From: a virus
Taxonomy: Duplodnaviria; Caudoviricetes
Strand: one strand, 5' to 3'
DNA length: 52,138 bases
IMG/VR virus record: IMGVR_UViG_3300028840_005437
Coordinates: 1 to 52,138 of that record
The notes under the pieces were generated by a model that had not been told where the DNA came from, made no database searches, and saw nothing but the letters and a program-made list of their open reading frames with translations. The position numbers were made by a program, and so were the translations under genes. The first letter of the stretch is position 1. Every line of letters starts with the position of its first letter. Positions 45,507 to 52,138 of the stretch are shown here, piece after piece.

Positions 45507-45737
45507 TCAATTCCATTCATCACTGAGACTGCGGTCAAAAAGTTTCGCCGCCAAGTCCGCCTTTTTAGCGGCGGCGGTCATGCTTTTAGGCGTATCGGAT
45601 AACTCTTCCCGATAATGCATCATAAATACATTAATCCAGAAATTCGCGCGAACCTCGAACACTTTCGCCGCTAACGTCTCGCTTACTCTGAGTGTCTCGC
45701 ACTCGTCGTTCGTCTCTGTTTTTGCCTCGTCGCTCAA
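45507..45737 (-). CDS. Hypothetical protein
   Basis: Overlaps terS stop; RBS. Confidence 0.5.
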   Translation of the reverse strand: MSDEAKTETNDECETLRVSETLAAKVFEVRANFWINVFMMHYREELSDTPKSMTAAAKKADLAAKLFDRSLSDEWN

Positions 45738-46141
45738 TCCTCGTCTCCCTCGATCAATTTTCGGTCCTGTTCGTCGAAGTGAAGGTGGACCGCTCCGGTG
45801 TGTTCCAGCTCTTGCTTGTCGCGCCAGCCGAAATTATTTTTGAGGCTGAATTGAACGCCGTTGGAGTTTTTGACAATGAACAAATGTTCCTCCGCGTACG
45901 CCTGTATTTTCAACTTCGCGCGCGTAACCGTGTCCAGAAACGCGCCTTTCTCCGAGTAGTTCAAAAGCGTCTGCCTGCTGCAATTCAGCGCGTACGCCAT
46001 GCCGCAAACAGTGTAGGGCTTTCCTTTCTCGTCGCACTCTGCAAAATATTGATCAATGCATTTTTGAAGTTCCTCCGGCGTTTTAAACTTCAGCGGTCTT
46101 CCGCCTTTCCCTGGCACGGTCATGATTCTCCTCTCTGTCAT
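45734..46141 (-). CDS. terS: Terminase small subunit
   Basis: GRPLKFKTPEEL..IDQYF..YTVCGMAYAL..RQTLLNY..FSLKNNFGWRDKQE. Confidence 0.9.
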   Translation of the reverse strand: MTERRIMTVPGKGGRPLKFKTPEELQKCIDQYFAECDEKGKPYTVCGMAYALNCSRQTLLNYSEKGAFLDTVTRAKLKIQAYAEEHLFIVKNSNGVQFSLKNNFGWRDKQELEHTGAVHLHFDEQDRKLIEGDED

Positions 46142-46145
46142 TTCG

Positions 46146-46646
46146 TCAATACGCTCTGACTACTGGTTCTTCTTCGGGCATGATCGTCTTTCCTTGCCGC
46201 CTATGCCCAGCGGTGAATGTTTTTGTTTTTTCGTCATAGTGCACGTACATGCCGGGGGAATATTCAACGCGCGCTGTTCGTCCGTTCAGTTCGAACGTGG
46301 CGGTTTTCATTTTTTTTTCATTCGATGAATTTCCCTTCGGCAGGACGTGTGGAAACCTGGCTATGACGTTCGATTTTTTCTCCGCTCCGTCTTCGCTGTT
46401 CAGGTCTGGGAACAGCGCGGACGCGTCAATTATAAGCGCATCGTCTATGCTTCCGCATTCGCGGAAATCTCTGAATCGTCCGCAATAGTCGTTCTTTCCT
46501 GGTTTCGGCCAGTAGGGTCGGTGTCGAGGGCTGTCGGCCATCGGCGGGGCTTCTCTGCACTCGCCGTTTTTATTCCGATAATGACAGTGTTCGCAGGTTT
46601 GGTACATGTCGCTGTTTTTATTGACGTTTTCAGTTGCTACCGACAA
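46146..46646 (-). CDS. Hypothetical protein with N-terminal Cys cluster
   Basis: CEHCHY..GECR..PP..WP..DYCGRF. Confidence 0.6.
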   Translation of the reverse strand: MSVATENVNKNSDMYQTCEHCHYRNKNGECREAPPMADSPRHRPYWPKPGKNDYCGRFRDFRECGSIDDALIIDASALFPDLNSEDGAEKKSNVIARFPHVLPKGNSSNEKKMKTATFELNGRTARVEYSPGMYVHYDEKTKTFTAGHRRQGKTIMPEEEPVVRAY

Positions 46647-47071
46647 ATGGACCGGGCGCGTTCTAAAGTTTTGGATCGTAGCGGCGTCCGCCGCCTTGTT
46701 TCGCGAAGAACCGCTTCGCTTCGCTCGCTATGCAAGCTGACGCTTGCATGGAGTTTTTTTTCTTTAATTTTCGTTTTTCTTTTTTGCGGTCGGCTCCGAG
46801 TTCGGGCCGGACCGTCTTTCCTGCGTTCGTTTCAGCTCCGCGATTATTTCAAGTCTCAGTATTGACTTCGAAGATAAACTTTTTTTTCGATAATGTAAAG
46901 CTGAAAACTCGTTTTATTTTAGTTGCGGCGTGAACTAATGCTTTGGCAACCGTTGCTCTTTGAATTGCTTGCGTACAATTTACTCGCATACTAGTAATTG
47001 CGGGTTGAACAGTTGCGGCGGTAATGATTGCAGTGGCAACTATTATATTGTTCGGCTACCCTTCGGAGCGA

Positions 47072-47121
47072 TAAAAAAAGCCCGCTATTCTGCGGCAACA
47101 GAGAAGCGGGCTATTAAAAAA
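47072..47121. terminator. Probable intrinsic terminator (U-tract on minus strand)
   Basis: AAAAAAA-GCCCGCT...AGCGGGC-TATTAAAAAA. Confidence 0.5.
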
Positions 47122-47332
47122 CGATATTTTCAATCATATATCATGAATAACAATAGCATTTCGGAGTGGGAAATTTACGACGAATTTATGGCATTTGGTT
47201 TTTTCTTCACTTCTTCACCTTTTTTACAGTCAAACGCTAAAAAAACTTTAGTGAATCTCAAGATAATTTATCTTTTCTCGCACTCGCTTGATTTCGTTAA
47301 ACATCTTTTTTAATAATAATTACATTTTATGC

Positions 47333-47361
47333 TTGACATAATGTCACTGATTAGAGATACT
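47333..47361 (+). promoter_or_regulatory. Early sigma70-like promoter with palindromic operator over -35
   Basis: TTGACA-17 nt-GATACT; TGACA-TAA-TGTCA palindrome; AT-rich upstream region. Confidence 0.65.
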
Positions 47362-47411
47362 GTATTTAACGAATCAGGGAAACCTAAACCAAAAACTCTA
47401 AGGAGAAGAAA

Positions 47412-47804
47412 ATGAAACTGAAAAAATTAATCGGCGATATTAAAAAAAGCATTGAAGCCAATCTCGAAATCGGCGACGCCTGCGATGTTTGCCGCATGGG
47501 TTACGTGGATAACGCGCATATGTTTTCGGAAACCGAAATCGAACTCGGCTTAAACGCCCCGAATTGCGCCGGTTGCGGACTGAATGATTGCGAAACGCTC
47601 AGCGAAAAACTCAGGACCTACAAATACGGCATGTGGCATACCGAGTCCTGGATTGATTTCGCCTTTAACGACGCGGGCTATGACCTGAGTCCCGCCGATT
47701 ACGGATTTGACGGTTATTACGGCGATGAAATCACGGAGGAGGAAGAGGAAAAATTAAACGCGGCCTTGGAGGCGTTTTGCGCTGAAATTGAGAAAAAATC
47801 ATGA
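47412..47804 (+). CDS. Acidic Cys-containing hypothetical protein
   Basis: AAGGAG RBS; CDVC and CAGC. Confidence 0.65.
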   Translation: MKLKKLIGDIKKSIEANLEIGDACDVCRMGYVDNAHMFSETEIELGLNAPNCAGCGLNDCETLSEKLRTYKYGMWHTESWIDFAFNDAGYDLSPADYGFDGYYGDEITEEEEEKLNAALEAFCAEIEKKS

Positions 47805-48067
47805 AAAGGGAAAAATTCAAAATCGACAGAGGAATTCCAATCCCAATTACGTTGCGTCGATACCCGTTCGATGAAATGAAAATCGGGGACTCTTTTTTAA
47901 TACCAGGGGAGCAGTGCGACGCTCCCGAAAACAAAAAGCGGGAAAACAGCGTTCACAAATCCCTGAGACACTATAATAAATTTTCAATGGAGAGTATTGC
48001 AATAACAACCAGAGCCGTCAACAGCGAGAGGCTTGGCTATGGAATTAGGGTTTGGAGAATCAAATAA
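47801..48067 (+). CDS. Small putative DNA-binding phage protein
   Basis: IDRGIPIP..YPFDEMKIGDSF..GIRVWRI family motif. Confidence 0.75.
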   Translation: MKREKFKIDRGIPIPITLRRYPFDEMKIGDSFLIPGEQCDAPENKKRENSVHKSLRHYNKFSMESIAITTRAVNSERLGYGIRVWRIK

Positions 48068-48106
48068 CGAATCGGGGAAACCTAAACTAAAACCAGCGAG
48101 GAAAAG

Positions 48107-48628
48107 ATGACCCTGCAAGAGATCGAAAACAAGTGTTGCGAGTTAGAGGAGAAAGTGAGAGCGCTTCAAGCCCGGCAACGAGAGAATGACGAGCCGGTAA
48201 CGATAATCGCCAAATCTTCCGACGAGGAGCTGAAAGCGTCCTCTTTCGAGATTCCGCCGAAGCCCTCCGCGGAAAAGACTGTGGATAAGGATTTGAAAAA
48301 ATATTTCAGTTTAGCGAAAAAAATGGTTCAGGCTATGCGCAGAGCCGGGCTAACTGAAAATAGTCTGTCATATACTAGGCAAACCTACGAGGTTAGAGAA
48401 TCCAGAAAAAAAATGACTGAGTTTGCCGAATCGCGCGATATGGACATAGTTGTAAAAGATAATTGGGCTAGATTGGAAATCAGCCGCGAAGGAGAGCTTC
48501 TTGGAAAAATAAGCCCGCGTCACGCGCAAAGAAAAATCAACGGTTGTTACGCATGGATTGGCTATGTCTTATACCCGGCTGATTATTTCGATGCGGACGG
48601 ATTCATTATTAAATTGGGAATAACCTAA
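48107..48628 (+). CDS. Hypothetical protein
   Basis: RBS; N-terminus shared with next gene. Confidence 0.65.
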   Translation: MTLQEIENKCCELEEKVRALQARQRENDEPVTIIAKSSDEELKASSFEIPPKPSAEKTVDKDLKKYFSLAKKMVQAMRRAGLTENSLSYTRQTYEVRESRKKMTEFAESRDMDIVVKDNWARLEISREGELLGKISPRHAQRKINGCYAWIGYVLYPADYFDADGFIIKLGIT

Positions 48629-48645
48629 AAACCAGCGAGGAAAAG

Positions 48646-48933
48646 ATGACCCTGCAAGAGATCGAAAACAAGTGTTGTGAGCTCGAGGAGAAAGTAAGAA
48701 CGCTTCAAGCCGGGCAACCTATCCCCGGAATGATTTTCAGGGAACGGAAAACGGCTCTATCCGAATCCGGCGAAGTGACGATATGCGACATGGGGAGAAT
48801 CAAAGGCCGTAACAGAGTGATAGCGGCCGGTTTTTCTCAATGTCCCAACCCGAACTACTTTCAAAGGGGATTCTGGGTGACTCATTACAATATGAAAATT
48901 AAAGCCTGGATTCTCTACGAAACTAAAGATTAA
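48646..48933 (+). CDS. Hypothetical protein
   Basis: RBS; N-terminus shared with previous gene. Confidence 0.6.
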   Translation: MTLQEIENKCCELEEKVRTLQAGQPIPGMIFRERKTALSESGEVTICDMGRIKGRNRVIAAGFSQCPNPNYFQRGFWVTHYNMKIKAWILYETKD

Positions 48934-48958
48934 ATCAACCTGAAAACCAGCGAAAGAA

Positions 48959-49144
48959 ATGAAAAACGAATTGCTGAACATACTGACCGAGACGGCGATA
49001 GAGACATTGTCGGAAGCGCATGGCGCGAGCGTCGCGGACGTGAAGACGGCGTTGATGGCGGGCCAGGAAATCGTCTGCCGGGAATTTCAGAAGTTGATGC
49101 AAGCCGGGCTTGAAACCGTCCGGGAAATGAAAACGCGAATCTAA
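48959..49144 (+). CDS. Hypothetical protein
   Basis: Follows repeated leader motif. Confidence 0.55.
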   Translation: MKNELLNILTETAIETLSEAHGASVADVKTALMAGQEIVCREFQKLMQAGLETVREMKTRI

Positions 49145-49155
49145 GGAGAAGGAAA

Positions 49156-49482
49156 ATGACATATTTAAAATCACATTACGAAAGATTAAGCGAATTTCTC
49201 GAAACGTCTAGCGAAATTCTTTATGCTATCGAGCAAATCAGCGATGATTATTTTGATTTCATTGAAGATGAAGACGTTTTCGGCGAAAAAACGAATGAAA
49301 TCGATGAAAATTCGCATTCTTACGAACTTTGGGAAGACGGCGGGCGCGAAGATGAAATACTGGCCGCTCTTCCGACTGAAAACGGCGGCTCGCCGATAGA
49401 GGAAGGAACGGAGGTTTTATGGGGAATGGAGGGGAAATTCGCGGAATTCGACGGAGAGAAATGGGCAAGAACACGGGAATAA
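49156..49482 (+). CDS. Highly acidic hypothetical protein
   Basis: Asp/Glu-rich 108 aa; AAGGAG RBS. Confidence 0.65.
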   Translation: MTYLKSHYERLSEFLETSSEILYAIEQISDDYFDFIEDEDVFGEKTNEIDENSHSYELWEDGGREDEILAALPTENGGSPIEEGTEVLWGMEGKFAEFDGEKWARTRE

Positions 49483-50000
49483 AAAGAGAACCGACGCCGC
49501 CGGGCGTGATCCTGCGCGAGAAGCTATTGAAGCCGCTCGGAATCTCCAGACGCGAACTGGCGGAATATCTCGGATGGAGCGTTCGGCAAGTGGACCGAAT
49601 ATGCGACAACGAAGCCGCGATCACCCCCGAAAAAGCCGTGCCGCTAGGGTTGGCGTTCAACATTCGTCCGGAATTCTGGCTGAAAGCGCAGGCGGCGTAC
49701 GATCTATGGCGACTGCGCGGTCTTTGGGACGCGCGAAGCCCGCTTGCGGACGGATCCGGATTCGTTAAGAAAGTTAAAATTATCAATTTTCCGCGTCCGC
49801 GACACGGTATCCGCAAATATTTTTTCGCGGATATGAAAATAGGAGAGTGGGAATATTTTGAAGCACATCCCGAAAAAGTAAAAAATCGGCAGGCAATCAT
49901 TCATTCAACGATTAGTCAATATAACAGGAGATATAACAGAAATATATTGGTTATCACGCGGAGGACTGAAACGGGATTCAAAATATGTCGCGTGCGATAA
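49461..50000 (+). CDS. HigA-like (XRE HTH) antitoxin domain fused to a 47801-like domain
   Basis: PTPPGVILRE..LGISRRELA..ITPEKA..FWLKAQAAYDLW; C-terminal FADMKIGE..GFKICRV; start MGKNTG. Confidence 0.8.
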   Translation: MGKNTGIKREPTPPGVILREKLLKPLGISRRELAEYLGWSVRQVDRICDNEAAITPEKAVPLGLAFNIRPEFWLKAQAAYDLWRLRGLWDARSPLADGSGFVKKVKIINFPRPRHGIRKYFFADMKIGEWEYFEAHPEKVKNRQAIIHSTISQYNRRYNRNILVITRRTETGFKICRVR

Positions 50001-50045
50001 ATGATTTATGCGTGATAACGAAACCGAAAACCAGCGAGAGGGAAA

Positions 50046-50426
50046 ATGTTAAAAAAATTAAAAGCTTTAAATTTCTCGGATTTGGCGAAACTGAATCCGG
50101 CTTTGCTTGAAAAATATTATCGCAACTGCGCTATTGACCAACATTGCGATGTCGAACAGCTCAAAAGGTTGCGCATCAACGATAGAGCGTCTCGAAAAAT
50201 GATTTATAGCCGAATCAAAGAGGCACTGAACATCAAAAAAGGATTTTGCTTTAAAGACGCTTCTTCCGTTTATCATGGTCTTGAGGCCGTGATCAAATAT
50301 CATTTAGAGTATAAAACCGTCGGATTTCATTACGAACCGTTATGGTGCGGCGTGAAAATAGGCGAAATACTGAATGACGACAATCTTGATGAGCACGGCG
50401 CTGTAGTTATAGCGGTAGTCAGATAA
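50046..50426 (+). CDS. Hypothetical protein
   Basis: Follows repeated leader motif. Confidence 0.6.
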   Translation: MLKKLKALNFSDLAKLNPALLEKYYRNCAIDQHCDVEQLKRLRINDRASRKMIYSRIKEALNIKKGFCFKDASSVYHGLEAVIKYHLEYKTVGFHYEPLWCGVKIGEILNDDNLDEHGAVVIAVVR

Positions 50427-50559
50427 CCGAAAAACATCGGTTTAAACTGAACCATCAACGAGCCGAAAAACATCGGTTTAAACTGAACCATCAACGAGCC
50501 GAAAAACATCGGTTTAAACTGAACCATCAACGAGCCGAAAAACATCGGTTTAAACTGAA
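50427..50559 (+). repeat. Perfect 36-bp tandem repeat, ~3.7 copies
   Basis: CCGAAAAACATCGGTTTAAACTGAACCATCAACGAG at 50427, 50463, 50499 and partially at 50535. Confidence 0.95.
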
Positions 50560-50572
50560 AGGAGAAAGATAA

Positions 50573-50797
50573 ATGCTTAAAAGACTGGAAATAAACAAAG
50601 ACGGAGCGCTTGAAATTCAGCGCGGATCGAGAGTGATACAGCAATATTGTCCAAGACAGGCACGCAGTGTGTGTTGCGGCGATTACTGCGCTTTATTCGG
50701 AGAACCCCAGTATTGTCAAGTCGCAAAAGTCTGGTCCCTGGAACTGTGCGAAGGCAAGAAGCTGATAACCGAAAACTTCGATGACGAGAGAATTTGA
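50573..50797 (+). CDS. Small Cys-rich hypothetical protein
   Basis: QYCP..CGDYCALFGEP..C. Confidence 0.65.
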   Translation: MLKRLEINKDGALEIQRGSRVIQQYCPRQARSVCCGDYCALFGEPQYCQVAKVWSLELCEGKKLITENFDDERI

Positions 50798-50798
50798 G

Positions 50799-51080
50799 AT
50801 GAAAAAACTAATGCTGGCCGCTATGATGCTGGCCGTCTCGACCGGAGTTCAGGCGCAGGCCGTCGAAAAGGCCGAAACGGAGCATGACGCTTACTGCGCA
50901 AGCGTCTACTGGGAGGACGAGGAAAACTGCGTCGATCCCGAAGAGAAAATAGACAAGGAATTTTGCGAAAGTCTGCCGTTTGAATACTCTGCGAAATTGT
51001 GCCTTCAGGCTCTTGATGCTTGGAAAAAGTCTATTGAAACCAAAACCGAAAACCAGCGAGGAAGAAATGAGAAAAATTAA
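50799..51080 (+). CDS. Secreted hypothetical protein
   Basis: Signal peptide MKKLMLAAMMLAVSTGVQA; four Cys. Confidence 0.6.
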   Translation: MKKLMLAAMMLAVSTGVQAQAVEKAETEHDAYCASVYWEDEENCVDPEEKIDKEFCESLPFEYSAKLCLQALDAWKKSIETKTENQRGRNEKN

Positions 51081-51252
51081 AAAACTGCTCGAAAACACGG
51101 ATATTGAGACATTGAAAGAAGTCGTCAAGGGATTGAATGACGATTTTAACGCTCCCTGCGTGTTATTCGAGGCTGCCCTGGAAGAGCTGGAAAATAGAAT
51201 GGAGGCGTCTGAATTAATTAAATTTTGCGAAGATTTATATAAAGCATCTTAA
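51067..51252 (+). CDS. Hypothetical protein
   Basis: Start MRKIKKLL after repeated leader. Confidence 0.6.
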   Translation: MRKIKKLLENTDIETLKEVVKGLNDDFNAPCVLFEAALEELENRMEASELIKFCEDLYKAS

Positions 51253-51328
51253 GACTTAGCGTTTGCCTGAAGGAAGAAAACGCGCTTAACAACGACCGAT
51301 TTCATGTCGGTTTAAAAAGGAGAAAATC

Positions 51329-51879
51329 ATGAAACTGACGACTACCTTGAACCTGATAGACGAACACGAACCCTGCTACCGCGATCCCGACAATCCCAGC
51401 CACAGCGGATGGAACCGTCTGATAGATCATCTCGGTCATGACTACGATCGCGACGCGGAAATAAATCTCTTGACCATCCTGGAAAGCAACGGCGTCGCTG
51501 ATTGTTTATGGTCTTTGCGGGCGACGATCCAGGATTCGCGGGTGAAGCGGCTAAAGCATGTCTGGAAAATCCGACGGAAGAGAACAGGAGAAAAGCCGAC
51601 AATGCCGCCGAAGCCGCCCGTTCCGCCTCCTATGCCGCCCGTTCCGCCGTCGCCGCCGCCGAAGCCGCCCGTTCCGCCTCCTATGCCGCCGAAGCCGCCC
51701 GTTCCGCCTCCTATGCCGCCGAAGTCGTCGCCGCCGAAGCCGAAGCCGCCGAAGCCGCCTATGCCGGCTATGCCGCCGCCGCCGTCGGCGCCGCCGAAGC
51801 CGCCTATGCCGCCGCCTATGCCGCCGAATGCGAAAAGCAGGCGGAAATTATCAGAAAACATCTTGTGGGCAAAATATGA
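51329..51879 (+). pseudogene. Ala-rich-repeat phage protein disrupted near 51542 (frameshift/deletion or misassembly)
   Basis: N-terminal MKLTTTLN..PC..GW..LLTILESNG..LW.LR domain in one frame; expected EAAK...AAEAARSASYAA tail in another frame. Confidence 0.6.
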
Positions 51880-51924
51880 TCAACCAAGGAAACGATTTCA
51901 TGTCGGTTTAAAAAGGAGAAAATC

Positions 51925-52138
51925 ATGAAACTGACGACTACCTTGAACCTGATAGACGAACACGAACCCTGCTACCGCGATCCCGACAATCCCCGCCACA
52001 GCGGATGGAACCGTCTGATAGATCATCTCGGTCATGACTACGATCGCGACGCGGAAATAAATCTCTTGACCATCCTGGAAAGCAACGGCGTCGCTGATTG
52101 TTTATGGTCTTTGCGGGCGACGATCCAGGATTCGCGGG
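51925..52138 (+). CDS. Second copy of the 51329 gene, truncated at window edge
   Basis: Same N-terminal coding sequence. Confidence 0.7.
   Translation, partial: MKLTTTLNLIDEHEPCYRDPDNPRHSGWNRLIDHLGHDYDRDAEINLLTILESNGVADCLWSLRATIQDSR

Larger units (their letters stand above)
51297..52138 (+). repeat. 246-bp direct repeat (51297-51542 and 51893-52138), one mismatch
   Basis: Leader plus gene start duplicated 596 bp apart; CCCAGCC versus CCCCGCC. Confidence 0.9.

Noticed and set aside
46960-47313. 117-aa plus-strand ORF
   Set aside because: TTG start without an RBS, spans a terminator-like hairpin and AT-rich promoter DNA.
50427-50559. CRISPR array
   Set aside because: The 36-bp units are directly adjacent and identical, with no unique spacers, and no cas genes are present.
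51329-51928. Genuine Pro-rich protein (and Gly-rich antisense ORF 51442-51861)
   Set aside because: Both are alternative-frame readings of GCC-rich Ala repeats; the Ala-rich frame fits the family of the N-terminal domain better.
1-52138. Genome-wide stop-codon reassignment (TAG or TGA)
   Set aside because: Genes are intact under the standard code, and both TAG and TGA end genes at expected positions; only one in-frame TGA was found.
1-52138. Integrase, transposase, reverse transcriptase or diversity-generating retroelement
   Set aside because: I recognised no tyrosine/serine recombinase, DDE transposase or RT motifs, and no template/variable repeat pair. The Mu similarity is limited to the tail.

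Overview
Near-complete ~52-kb tailed dsDNA phage (Caudoviricetes) with an HK97-type head and a Mu-like contractile tail and baseplate. Both ends stop inside repeats. Layout: (1) 1-10.9 kb leftward replication/early block: pentapeptide-repeat protein, DnaB, replication initiator with iteron-like repeats, tRNA-Asn, DNA methyltransferase, AlpA-like protein; (2) 11-17.5 kb rightward recombination block: SMC-like ATPase, PD-(D/E)XK exonuclease; (3) 17.5-46.6 kb leftward morphogenesis block; (4) 47.4-52.1 kb rightward small early genes. I recognised no integrase, endolysin or DNA polymerase. Highlights: (a) an integron-type array of five attC sites and four AT-rich gene cassettes, without an integrase, inserted between the baseplate spike and wedge genes; two cassettes share an identical leader and nearly identical attC around unrelated payloads; (b) a ~345-nt structured noncoding element behind a DIP1984/septicolysin-like gene, with ~12 heptamer repeats and an embedded circularly permuted tRNA that has two alternative anticodon arms (CUA amber and UUU); (c) an in-frame TGA at a probable conserved Cys in the baseplate gp48-like gene, followed by a hairpin (possible selenocysteine). 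All product calls come from motif recognition and synteny; no database searches were run.
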